Part shown: positions 17,607 through 26,578 of the stretch, piece after piece | Numbering within the stretch: the first letter of the stretch is position 1 | Layout of the letters: each line of letters opens with the position of its first letter | DNA from: an archaeon | GTDB taxonomy: Archaea; Nanobdellota; Nanobdellia; Woesearchaeales; UBA9642 | Direction of reading: 5' to 3' | Assembly: GCA_043806035.1 (NCBI GenBank) | Contig: JAZDHK010000016.1 | Coordinates: 2,963-66,962 of the forward strand | Length of the DNA stretch: 64,000 nucleotides | Made by a program: the position numbers and the translations under genes | The notes under the pieces: model-generated | Database searches by the model: none | Told to the model about the DNA's origin: nothing | The model's input: only the letters and a program-made list of their open reading frames with translations

Positions 17607-19087
17607 GTGAACGCATAAATCATGACCGTTTTATTATAGACCAGAGATAGACACGTCGTGTCTTTTGCATACGGGAGGTTTTGCAGACCATACAACTCCT
17701 TGTATTTTTTTGAAAGATAGATGTACTCTATGTGATTTTCCTTGAGTGCATTTACCGCATTTGCGGCAAGCGGGGTACTGAATATGGTATTTGCAGCAGC
17801 GTATCGCTGATTGACGTCAGTGCTCAGTAAGAAATTGATGTCCATGAAATTTTTTCGTTCTGCAACGAAGGCAATGATGCTCCCTTCCTGCACCGTTCCG
17901 AGAACAACACTCTCTTTCGGGGTGTTGTCACGAATCCACAGCAGCGCCTCTTTTTCTTGCGGAGAGGGTGTTGCCGTGGTCGAGGTGAATGCCGTAACCA
18001 GTGCAGGGATTGCCGAAGAGACAAGAAAGAGTATGATGACGACAATGAATACGTGCGGGCGATATCGCTCGAAGCGTGTCTTACTAAGATACAAAAAGAG
18101 TGCCCTGAATGCGTGAGCGCTAGCAATGACGAGCAGTAAGCCGAGAAGGAGCAATCCCTCGCTTAAGGGAACGAGTCTAAACCAGAGCAGTATGAATGAG
18201 CACATGATGCCTGCAACGAGCAGCAGAAGTTTTTTTGATGGTTTCTTGGAAAAGGCCTTGTATATGACGTAAATACCGAAGAGCAAAGGTATGACTCCAA
18301 CGGTGTAGATGCTGTCGAGAAAACTGATTTTTGAAAAGAAATTTTGCAGCATGCCTGCAGGGAGGTTTTGCCAGATGATTGCCGGGCCGTGCGCAAGCAG
18401 TGCTTTTTTGAAGACCACCAAATTGACCCAAAGTACCAAAAAGAAGGTGAAGAGCACTATCTCTCGTTCTTGTCCAGGAGAGGGTATCGCTTCTGTCTTG
18501 AGCAGAATTAAGTATAATAAATAGACCAGCAACAGTATCAGGGCGAGCGGTGTTGTGAATGCGAGAATGAAGGTGAAGATGAGCACAAGGGAGGGATGGT
18601 TTTTTTGTTCAATGCTCATGAAATAATAGAGTGCACCGAGCAACGCGGGTATTCCCAAGGAGAGCGGTGTTGCGCTATTGAGGAAGAATGACGAATTATT
18701 AAACGTGAGCGTTATGGGAAGGAAGCTTGCAAATGACGTGATAAGCAAGGCAGTAGGTTCGTTATTGGTGAGTTTTACGGCGAGTGCAAAGACAAAATAC
18801 AACGTTACGCCAAAAAAGAGTATCGGCAGCATTTTTATGACAAATAGTGCTGGAAGGATGAACGCGAAGCCCGCAAGCACATAATAAAAGAAAGGAAGGA
18901 AAAGATTGATTTTCCCCCCATAACTGTATGGATCAGTATAGAGCGGCAGTCCCGTGTGGGTTATGCTGTCTACTTGTCTGAGAGCGAAGTAGCTATCATA
19001 ATTAATATCTGGTGTCGAAAGTGAAATGAGCAATCTCAGTCCCACGGTGAGCAGGACCAAGATGAGCAAGATAGTTTTTATCTTCAC
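17591..19087 (-). CDS. polytopic membrane protein, GT-C (PMT/ArnT-like) glycosyltransferase candidate
   Basis: N-terminal loop DSYFALRQVDSITHTGLPLYTDPYSYGG after TM1 resembles the GT-C family first loop with an acidic residue; 12+ TM helices; C-terminal soluble domain. Confidence 0.4.
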   Translation of the reverse strand: MKIKTILLILVLLTVGLRLLISLSTPDINYDSYFALRQVDSITHTGLPLYTDPYSYGGKINLFLPFFYYVLAGFAFILPALFVIKMLPILFFGVTLYFVFALAVKLTNNEPTALLITSFASFLPITLTFNNSSFFLNSATPLSLGIPALLGALYYFMSIEQKNHPSLVLIFTFILAFTTPLALILLLVYLLYLILLKTEAIPSPGQEREIVLFTFFLVLWVNLVVFKKALLAHGPAIIWQNLPAGMLQNFFSKISFLDSIYTVGVIPLLFGIYVIYKAFSKKPSKKLLLLVAGIMCSFILLWFRLVPLSEGLLLLGLLLVIASAHAFRALFLYLSKTRFERYRPHVFIVVIILFLVSSAIPALVTAFTSTTATPSPQEKEALLWIRDNTPKESVVLGTVQEGSIIAFVAERKNFMDINFLLSTDVNQRYAAANTIFSTPLAANAVNALKENHIEYIYLSKKYKELYGLQNLPYAKDTTCLSLVYNKTVMIYAFTCGVS

Positions 19088-19122
19088 AACAGGTCAGAAT
19101 GCAAAGAGAGTTTATAAATGTT

Positions 19123-19713
19123 TTAGAAACGGGACAAAAATCTTTTCTTCGCCTCTACGGGAAGCACGTCTGCCATGATGTACTGGTAAAGTTTGTTTTC
19201 CTTTACTGCAGTAGTTCTCGATTGCACATAATGCTCATGCATAATGAGATCGTGGGAGTTCAACCACTTTTTTCCATCAACGCTCACAAAGTAATCCCTG
19301 CCATACTGGGCAACGAGTGCCTTGAGCTCAGAAAATCCTCTGACACGAGTTCCTTTTAGCTGTGGCAAACTGTCTTTGGGCACATACGTATAGGTGGTTA
19401 TATTATCTTTTTCATCATCCAGCAGGTTGTGTGAGGCATCATGGTCACGATAGATTTTGACGATGCGTTCATCACTGTCAGCGAGGATGAGTTCTATTTT
19501 GTCGACTCTTGCCCGTTTTTTTCCTTTTACCGTGACTTCTTGTACTGTTGGCGTGTAGGTGATGATGTAGTCCTTATCGAGCAGCGGATAGTCGTGTTTG
19601 GTGACGTGGCGGGTTAATTGTGCATGTTGAGCTATGTATTCTGGAAGTGGCCCGGGACTTTTGCAGCCGAGTATGATGCCCATCGAAAGGAAGAGGAGCG
19701 TGCGTGCATTCAT
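19123..19713 (-). CDS. lipoprotein (lipobox LGC), hypothetical
   Basis: MNARTLLFLSMGIILGC|KSPG signal peptide with lipobox Cys. Confidence 0.5.
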   Translation of the reverse strand: MNARTLLFLSMGIILGCKSPGPLPEYIAQHAQLTRHVTKHDYPLLDKDYIITYTPTVQEVTVKGKKRARVDKIELILADSDERIVKIYRDHDASHNLLDDEKDNITTYTYVPKDSLPQLKGTRVRGFSELKALVAQYGRDYFVSVDGKKWLNSHDLIMHEHYVQSRTTAVKENKLYQYIMADVLPVEAKKRFLSRF

Positions 19714-19788
19714 ACGTGAGGGGAATGCGTTTGGATTAAAAAAGGTATTGGCACAATCCTTTTAAACGAGTCTCAATTACCTGTTGTC

Positions 19789-20481
19789 ATGGATCGTATT
19801 TCAACGGGCAGTTCTGCGTTTGACTGGCTTCTTGATGGGGGATATGAACGGGATGCCATAACGACCATTTATGGTCCTGCTGGCAGTGGAAAAACGAATC
19901 TGTGCATTCTTGCCATGGTGCAGATGGCGAGGAATTTTCCTGAGAAGAAGGTCATCTACATTGATACTGAAGGAAGTTTTAGTGTTGAGCGGCTAAAGCA
20001 GATAGCCCCTGATGTTGAAGCAGTGTTGAAGTGTGTGGCATTTCTTAATCCGACAACATTTGAAGAACAAAAAAAAGTGTTCTTGCGCCTTAATGAACTC
20101 GTCACGGACAAAGTGTCACTCATTATTTTTGATAGTGTTGCCCTGTTGTATCGTCTGGAGATTGGGCGCGCGAGCGATGTGTATAATGTGAACAGGGAGC
20201 TGGGCATTCAGATAGGCATTCTCAGCCAGATTGCACGCAAAGTGAACATCCCTGTGCTTATCACTAACCAGATCTATGCTGATTTCGAGGACAAGAACAG
20301 AACGAACATGGTGGGAGGGGATTTGCTCAAATACCAAAGTAAATGCCTCATCGAATTGCAAAAATTCAAGGACAGAGTTGTACGGAAGGCCATCCTGCGC
20401 AAACACAGATCTCTTCCCGAAAATAGAGAGATACAGTTCTATATCGTCAACGAAGGCATTTGTGACGTCAAGAGCGAATAA
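19789..20481 (+). CDS. radB: RadB recombinase paralog (RecA-family ATPase)
   Basis: 230 aa with no N-terminal HhH domain; Walker A GPAGSGKT; RadB-like overall pattern (FDWLLDGGYERDAITTIYG). Confidence 0.85.
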   Translation: MDRISTGSSAFDWLLDGGYERDAITTIYGPAGSGKTNLCILAMVQMARNFPEKKVIYIDTEGSFSVERLKQIAPDVEAVLKCVAFLNPTTFEEQKKVFLRLNELVTDKVSLIIFDSVALLYRLEIGRASDVYNVNRELGIQIGILSQIARKVNIPVLITNQIYADFEDKNRTNMVGGDLLKYQSKCLIELQKFKDRVVRKAILRKHRSLPENREIQFYIVNEGICDVKSE

Positions 20482-20513
20482 ACAGGCAAAAGTGGATGCA
20501 ACAAAATCCATAA

Positions 20514-22148
20514 TCAGATGAGATAATCCTGAATTCTTCTCGAAAATTCACTACGTTCGTTCGCGAACTTGGGCAAGTAGAGTGCTGCCATGCGCTTGTC
20601 CTGGACTATCCGTTTATTGTCAAAGACTGCTTTGATAAACCGTATGAATCCATTATAGCCTCGAACGACGTGTCTGTCTGCCTGCCAAGGATCTGCGTCG
20701 ATGACGAGCAAGGTATTCTCGCCCATGCGTGTGACTATGGTTTTGAGGGTGTTATAGCTGAAGTTCTGGGCTTCATCAACGAGGAAGGCAACGTCGTCAT
20801 AGGTCGTTCCGCGAAGATAGTTTGCAGGGATGAGTGAGAGCTTTGCATTGCCTGTTTTGTGTGCGATGCCGTCCTTGTTCTTGATTCCTAGAAGATCATC
20901 GAGGCCTGTTTTGTTCGGGATGAGTTTACTAAGATTGGCAAGTATCGCTTGTTGGTAGGGTCCTGTTTTCTCGTCCACCCCTCCCGGCAAGTAGCCTATA
21001 TCTTCCTCAACTGCAGAGAGTGGATAAAGTACGATGCCCTCTTGCTTGAGCATGCTTCTCTTGATTTGTTTGTTCAGATGCGGCTTGATGGGACGCTCGA
21101 TGGCGTCAAGCATATATGCCAGGGGAAGGAAGCTTTTCCCCGTTCCCGCGGGGCCAAAGCCAACAACCATGTCCAGATCGTTCAACAGTAGCTCAACATA
21201 CATGACCTGGAAGACATTCCTTGGCTTTGCTCCACGAAGGTTTTCTGTTTCCTTAATGAACGTTTGTCGTAGGTATTGCTTCCAGACGGGTGTTCGCATG
21301 AAGCAGTTCCCCTTCCTGTCTATGCCGTGATAGAGGACGATCATTTCATCCTTATTCGGGATGAGGATGAAGCTATTGACGCGTAGCTGTCGTTCAAGAA
21401 GGTCTTGAACAAGTTCCGGGTTTACGTTGTTTATTTCCTTTGTAGGGTCAATGGATGCGATGAGCTGGTCTAATTTTTTCACATAACTTGGTGAGGTGAT
21501 GACATCGGTGTTTTTGTCGAGCGTCCTCTGGTCGCTTTCGTCGATGACGAGTTTTGTAGTGTTGTGGTCAAGCCGCCAATTGAGGAAGTCGTCCTCTTTT
21601 TTGAGTATGGTCCATCCAGCAGGAAGATTGTCATAGGAGTTGACGCTGACTTCCTGCCACGTGTCTGCAGCCATGCCTTCTCTTTTGATCTGGAGCAGTT
21701 CACTTTTGTCGAGGCTGATGACCTCAACATCTGCGCCCCGTAACGTCTTTTGTACTGCAGCACACATTTGCTTTATTGCAGTTACTCGCTCTTCTGCAGT
21801 CTTGCAGTCAGGGATGCTCAGGAATTTTATGTATTTCTTCTTCGCTGGTTCGTTAATGATGGTGTGCAGTCCGTTCTCTGTCAAGTTCTGAATGGAGAAC
21901 AGCGTATCATAAAACATATCGGCTGCTTCCTGGAGATGCGGATTTTTTTCTGACCGATATGCTGCGCTCAGGATAGGATCGATAACGCCATCGCCGTACA
22001 AGAGCAGTGTCGAGCTGTCTTTTTTGGTGAAGCTGTACTGTCCAAGTGCTGCCTTCGCGTCAGCTAAGAGTACGGATGGTGTGAGGATGATTACTTTTTT
22101 CACTTCTGGCAAATGCTGTAGTTGTTCTTCAAGTGTCATGGTCATCAC
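20514..22148 (-). CDS. PIN-domain plus PhoH-like ATPase (PhoH2-type)
   Basis: N-terminal PIN-like region; C-terminal PhoH Walker A GFGPAGTGKSFL and Walker B DEAQN. Confidence 0.7.
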   Translation of the reverse strand: MMTMTLEEQLQHLPEVKKVIILTPSVLLADAKAALGQYSFTKKDSSTLLLYGDGVIDPILSAAYRSEKNPHLQEAADMFYDTLFSIQNLTENGLHTIINEPAKKKYIKFLSIPDCKTAEERVTAIKQMCAAVQKTLRGADVEVISLDKSELLQIKREGMAADTWQEVSVNSYDNLPAGWTILKKEDDFLNWRLDHNTTKLVIDESDQRTLDKNTDVITSPSYVKKLDQLIASIDPTKEINNVNPELVQDLLERQLRVNSFILIPNKDEMIVLYHGIDRKGNCFMRTPVWKQYLRQTFIKETENLRGAKPRNVFQVMYVELLLNDLDMVVGFGPAGTGKSFLPLAYMLDAIERPIKPHLNKQIKRSMLKQEGIVLYPLSAVEEDIGYLPGGVDEKTGPYQQAILANLSKLIPNKTGLDDLLGIKNKDGIAHKTGNAKLSLIPANYLRGTTYDDVAFLVDEAQNFSYNTLKTIVTRMGENTLLVIDADPWQADRHVVRGYNGFIRFIKAVFDNKRIVQDKRMAALYLPKFANERSEFSRRIQDYLI

Positions 22149-22774
22149 CGGTAAAGTTCTTGTACTACTATTGTATATTCTTGCGCGAGATGCTTACTTC
22201 TGCCCGTGTTCGTCCCTAGAGCTTGTTTGTGCTTGTCCGCTCCGTTGAGAATGTCTTTGCCTATGTCCGCATAGGTTTTGCTTTGCAGTGCCGTAGCGAG
22301 GGCATCCTCGAGTGAGCCGTGTATGTGACGTTTTTTTCTGATTGCCTGCGCAGCACGGTCTGCTTGTTCTGCAATGGTGCGGATGTCTATTGCTCGTGCG
22401 CTGTTCCCGAGATAGGAGAGAAGTCCTTGTCTGAGGTATTCTATTGCACGCGCCTGTCGTTTGTGGACTGCTCTGTCGTTCTTTTTCTTCAGGTTGCTGA
22501 CCGTTTGTCCTGTGGAGAATGAGCTGACGAGGATGAGTGTTGCTTCAGCGACGTGTTCAAGGGTGGCGGGACCACGTTCAGGGATAAATCCCTCATAGGA
22601 TTGGAGCAATTCTCGAATTTGGTCAGCGAGTTCAAGATAACGTACCACTCCCTTCTTCCCCCTCAACAAGAAAGAGGGAAGGCACCACCATAATAAAAAG
22701 GTTACGTTTTGAGTACACTCAAAAATGGTAACAAAAAAGGGTAACGGAAATGATGAAAAAAGAAAAAAAATCAT
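22145..22774 (-). CDS. hypothetical protein; annotated ATG start overlaps the rps2 stop (ATGA), but the N-terminal 42 codons are low-complexity/promoter-like and a GTG start near 22648 is plausible
   Basis: Helical protein ...YLELADQIRELLQSYEGF...RKKRHIHGSLEDALA; lies between rps2 and the PhoH-like gene on the same strand. Confidence 0.4.
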   Translation of the reverse strand: MIFFLFSSFPLPFFVTIFECTQNVTFLLWWCLPSFLLRGKKGVVRYLELADQIRELLQSYEGFIPERGPATLEHVAEATLILVSSFSTGQTVSNLKKKNDRAVHKRQARAIEYLRQGLLSYLGNSARAIDIRTIAEQADRAAQAIRKKRHIHGSLEDALATALQSKTYADIGKDILNGADKHKQALGTNTGRSKHLAQEYTIVVQELYR

Positions 22775-23385
22775 ACTTCCGTGAATTCATCGATAGTTGT
22801 GGTAAACTCATCTTCCTTGATCAAGCCTTTCAACATGAGAAATTGTTTTGTGAGCAGATAGAAAAACAGGCCTAATGACTTTTTTCCTTTGTTGTTGCAA
22901 GGAACGACAAGGTCGATGAAATTGGTCTGGTTGTTCGTGTCACAGAGTGCAATGACGGGTATGCCGACACGTTGCGCGTCCTCGACGGCATTCTTGTCTG
23001 GCCACGGGTCAACAACGAGCATGATTTTTCCTTCTCTGAAGATGTCTAGCGCAGGATTGGTGAGCACGCCAGGAGGGTAGCGTCCTGCAAAGGTCGTTGC
23101 TCCAGTGAGTTTGCCGAACAGTTTAACGGGTTTCCATCCGTTCTCTCTTCGTGAAACGACAATGATGTCCTCAGGAGAATAATGACTGAGCAGATTGGCT
23201 GCCGTGCGTATTCGGTCATCGATTTGCTGGATGTTCAGCACCGACAGCCCGTCTGGTCGTGTCTTGTAGATGAAATGGTTCATGTATGCCGTTCTGAACT
23301 TTGTCCCTATGTGGATGCCTGACTTGAGGTATTCATCGTTGGGTACAAGGAGTGGTTTTTCCGTCATGATTTCACCTTCTACCAA
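22771..23385 (-). CDS. rps2: 30S ribosomal protein S2 (uS2)
   Basis: Archaeal uS2 motifs: LKSGIHIGTKFRTAYMNHFIYKTRPDGLSVLNIQQ, VDPWPDKNAVEDAQRVGIPVIALCDTNN. Confidence 0.9.
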   Translation of the reverse strand: MVEGEIMTEKPLLVPNDEYLKSGIHIGTKFRTAYMNHFIYKTRPDGLSVLNIQQIDDRIRTAANLLSHYSPEDIIVVSRRENGWKPVKLFGKLTGATTFAGRYPPGVLTNPALDIFREGKIMLVVDPWPDKNAVEDAQRVGIPVIALCDTNNQTNFIDLVVPCNNKGKKSLGLFFYLLTKQFLMLKGLIKEDEFTTTIDEFTEV

Positions 23386-23525
23386 AGCTAACTGAGAATC
23401 GTCGTTATTTTCACCTCAGACGCGTTGGTAATAACAGTGGTGAACCTGCAATCATTTAAAAAGATGATGAAAATGACCTCAACACAGGTCATTCCGGGAG
23501 GCCGTTCCCCCCTCTATACCAAAAT

Positions 23526-23831
23526 TTATTTCTCTTCCTCTTCGCCGAAGTCCTCAGAGTCAAGGGAAGGATCGTATTCTATCTCTTCCTGTTTTGGCTC
23601 TTCTTTCTTCTCCTTCTTAGAAACGACTTCAGCAAATCCTGATTTTTGCAAGACTTTAGTAACGCGAATGTGCACTTCATCGCCAACTTTGACGTTGGGA
23701 ACGAACAGGACAAAGCCCTTGTGTCGGGCCATGCCGTCTCCCTTGCTGCCTACAGCTTCTATTCTGACATCTAACGTTTCTCCTTCTTTAACGGGAGCGG
23801 TGCTTTCTGTTCTCATATCATATTCCTCCAA
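23526..23831 (-). CDS. TRAM-domain protein with acidic tail
   Basis: GETLDVRIEAVGSKGDGMARHKGFVLFVPNVKVGDEVHIRVTKV matches the stand-alone archaeal TRAM fold. Confidence 0.8.
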   Translation of the reverse strand: MEEYDMRTESTAPVKEGETLDVRIEAVGSKGDGMARHKGFVLFVPNVKVGDEVHIRVTKVLQKSGFAEVVSKKEKKEEPKQEEIEYDPSLDSEDFGEEEEK

Positions 23832-23936
23832 CTAAGGTAGATACTTCCACACGCGCAGAAGTTGCATCCATAGTACTCTTCCTCTGTAGAAGTTTGTTTT
23901 TAAATTTTGTGCTTGAAAAGGTAAAAAAACAAAAAA

Positions 23937-24926
23937 TTACTCGTCCCTGATGCCTTTTTCATCGACGAAGAAGACACACTCGCTGTCCTCGAGGCTTGGG
24001 CTGTCCACAAGTTTCGCCACTCTGCTGCCCTTCTTGCCCCTTCGCAAGTACAGCCTGAAAGTCGAATTGTGGGCAACGATGTGGCCGCCGATTGCTTCCG
24101 TTGGGTCTCCAAAAAATTGGTCTGGTTTGGCCATGACTTGGTTGGTCACATAAACGATAATATTGTGGCTCTCTGCAAGACGCATCAGCGTGTGCATGTG
24201 CTTATTCAGCTTTTGCTGTCTATCCGCCAATGTCCCTCTGCCAACGAATTCTGCCCTGAAGTGCGCGGTAAGACTGTCAACGATGATGAGCCCGACTTTT
24301 GTGCCATTCCTAATGAGATCCTCAACTTTTTCTGCAAGAAGCATCTGGTGGTCTGAATTGTACGCTCTTGCAGCTTTTATCCGCTTCAGCACTGCAGTGG
24401 GGTCGAGTCCTCTTCCCTCTGCGATTTGAATGATTCGTTCAGGCCTGAATGTGCTTTCCGTGTCAATAAATACCACAACGGAATCATCGTCCCTGGCTAT
24501 CCTGCCAACGGCGAGTGTGTGAGCAAGTTGTGTCTTTCCAGAACCATATTGGCCAAAGACTTCATTGATGGCTTTGCTTTCAAATCCTCCACCCATGAGC
24601 TTGTCAAGCGCCTTGCTTCCCGTTGTGAGCTTGATGATGCTCTTTCTTTGCTCAAGGACTTCGTTGCCATCCTTGAAACCCATATCAAGGCTGTCTCGTG
24701 CTGCTGTAATCATTTTCCTTGCGACGAGTTCAGATACACCTGCCGCATCGACAAGCTCTCCTGGAGTGGCTACAGCAACGGAAAGCAAATCAGCATAGCC
24801 TGCGCCATAGAGCTTTTCGGCAGTTGCCGCTCCCACTCCGGGCAGATTGGTAAGCGAATCTGCCTTGTCTGATCGTTCAGCAATAACGTCTTGGTCTTCG
24901 CTTTCTTCCATTCTTTTTCGTGCCAT
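23937..24926 (-). CDS. radA: DNA repair and recombination protein RadA
   Basis: N-terminal HhH ([20 protein letters not shown]), Walker [10 protein letters not shown], Walker [16 protein letters not shown]. Confidence 0.95.
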   Translation of the reverse strand: MARKRMEESEDQDVIAERSDKADSLTNLPGVGAATAEKLYGAGYADLLSVAVATPGELVDAAGVSELVARKMITAARDSLDMGFKDGNEVLEQRKSIIKLTTGSKALDKLMGGGFESKAINEVFGQYGSGKTQLAHTLAVGRIARDDDSVVVFIDTESTFRPERIIQIAEGRGLDPTAVLKRIKAARAYNSDHQMLLAEKVEDLIRNGTKVGLIIVDSLTAHFRAEFVGRGTLADRQQKLNKHMHTLMRLAESHNIIVYVTNQVMAKPDQFFGDPTEAIGGHIVAHNSTFRLYLRRGKKGSRVAKLVDSPSLEDSECVFFVDEKGIRDE

Positions 24927-24936
24927 GTTTTAACCT

Positions 24937-25233
24937 CTAATCATCATCCGTTGCATCGTTGAGAGCAAGGTGTTCATACGCCTTGCTCAGCACAAGAATT
25001 GCCTTTGGCACATCACCCAACCTGAGCGTACTCGTAGTCTGCCAGGTGTCGTTCTTGTCCTTGTAGTTTCTTTCCAAAGAAATGGTGTTGTACGTTGCTA
25101 CTTTACCATCTCGAGTTGTGGTGTTTGCCCAAATCGTTGCAGAAACCGCTCCCGCCCTGAATTTCTTTTCTGGCAGGTTCTTTCCCATAACTTCCTGTAC
25201 GGTAGGTATTTTTGTTGGTGTCTTTTCCTTCAT
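24937..25233 (-). CDS. small putative ssDNA-binding protein (PC4/YdbC-like or OB-like)
   Basis: 98 aa; pattern ...TYNTISLERNYKDKNDTWQTTSTLRLGDVPKAILVL resembles PC4-like ssDNA binders; sits between radA and rpa. Confidence 0.35.
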   Translation of the reverse strand: MKEKTPTKIPTVQEVMGKNLPEKKFRAGAVSATIWANTTTRDGKVATYNTISLERNYKDKNDTWQTTSTLRLGDVPKAILVLSKAYEHLALNDATDDD

Positions 25234-25436
25234 GTTCTTCTCTCCGTTCCTTTCGGTTCTTATTTCATCATCCTCCTTGCGGAGAATGGGAGGCTGCGTT
25301 GTGTACGCAACAAACGGTGTAGAGTTGACTTTGTTTATATAGTTTGGGAGGACTTGACCAGTGGTTTTTTCGAAACAATGGGAAGAAAAATGGTGCGTTG
25401 TTAGTGAGAATTACTCGGGAGGGACTTTTTTCTGCT

Positions 25437-26519
25437 TTAGATAACTTCTTCTTCGTATGTTTCCGGCTCATCAGCTGCAATGGCCTGTTTTTTGCTTTCC
25501 ACCTTCGTTTCAGGCGTTTTCTCTTCTGGAATGCTTTGTAACGGTTCGATTGTTGTGAGCTTGGAAAGTTCTTGCTTTGGATCGGGAGAGGGATTTGCTG
25601 AGAAAGCAACGATCTCTAGTCTGTCGAACATGGCGTTCTTATTCACTTTGCCTCTGATTTGTACTATGCTGCCGAGCAAGTTTTTTTTGATGATGTCCTG
25701 GGCTTCAGGAGCTAAACGCATGGCTTTCAGGGGTTCGTCCTGCATGGCAAGGAGCTGCCGTACTTGTTCGTTGAAGAACACGACACGGATGTTGCCGCTG
25801 CCATCGTCAAGGAAACAATTAAGGACGTAACCCGTGTTTGGCGTTATGCTGCCGTGCGTTTCGCACTGTGCTTGCTGGACTTTCTTGTTACATCTTGGGC
25901 AGGTGTCATAGAAGCGCATGTCAAAAACCTGTACGATGGTTGCGAGTATTTCGACTGAGAAGTCTTGTTCGGTGAGTTGTACTACGAGTTTTCTCTTGCT
26001 CGTTGCTGGAGCTTGCTGGGCAATCTCTGTTATATGTACGCCTGAAGGGTTTATAGAGATTTTGCTCGTGTCGTTCAGGTGCAGTTCTGGTCTGTCCTGG
26101 TTTGCTCTGACGAAGCCACCGATGACCTTGACAATATCTCCTTCATTGAAGAGGGAAAAGTTTTCTACTTGCTTGTTCCAGAGGACTACACGGATGCTTC
26201 CTGTTTCATCCCCTATGAGGAAGTTGGCGACTTTGCCTTCTCTGCCTGCGGTGTTGAACGTTCTTTCTTCGTATTTCTTGATGACTCTGCCCGCAAGGTC
26301 TATGCTGCGCATGCCTATGATGACGTCCTTCACTTTTAGGTTAGTAGGGTCGAATAGTTTCACGCCAAGCTCGTTGGCGATGATGTGTGCTGCACCTTCT
26401 TCGCTGATGAGCCCTGCGAGGGTTGTCAGCTTTTCTTGCATGCGCTTGTTCAGCTCTTCATCAGAAAGCCCCGTCTTTGCCTTTATTTTCGCTTTGATGT
26501 CTCCAACGCTCATTTGCAT
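25437..26519 (-). CDS. rpa: replication protein A (two OB folds plus C4 zinc ribbon)
   Basis: Tandem OB-fold regions and Zn finger CPRCNKK...CETHG typical of euryarchaeal RPA. Confidence 0.85.
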   Translation of the reverse strand: MQMSVGDIKAKIKAKTGLSDEELNKRMQEKLTTLAGLISEEGAAHIIANELGVKLFDPTNLKVKDVIIGMRSIDLAGRVIKKYEERTFNTAGREGKVANFLIGDETGSIRVVLWNKQVENFSLFNEGDIVKVIGGFVRANQDRPELHLNDTSKISINPSGVHITEIAQQAPATSKRKLVVQLTEQDFSVEILATIVQVFDMRFYDTCPRCNKKVQQAQCETHGSITPNTGYVLNCFLDDGSGNIRVVFFNEQVRQLLAMQDEPLKAMRLAPEAQDIIKKNLLGSIVQIRGKVNKNAMFDRLEIVAFSANPSPDPKQELSKLTTIEPLQSIPEEKTPETKVESKKQAIAADEPETYEEEVI

Positions 26520-26578
26520 GCAAATCGGAAGAGGTTGTTAGTTTATATGTTTTTTCACGAAGGGCAGAATTGTTGAAT

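Noticed and set aside
22649-22774. N-terminal 42 codons (MIFFLFSSFPLPFF...) of the ORF downstream of rps2
   Set aside because: The region is homopolymer-rich (T/A runs) and contains a TATA-like TTTTTATTA; it looks like a promoter/spacer translated by chance. A GTG start at about 22648 gives a cleaner protein, although the ATGA overlap with rps2 keeps the long form possible.
23425-23835. 136-aa + strand ORF overlapping the TRAM gene
   Set aside because: The minus-strand TRAM protein matches a well-known fold. The + ORF is Ser-rich and overlaps it entirely.
25918-26541. 207-aa + strand ORF inside rpa
   Set aside because: It overlaps the OB folds of RPA on the opposite strand; composition is Ser/Leu/Cys-biased and typical of an antisense artefact.
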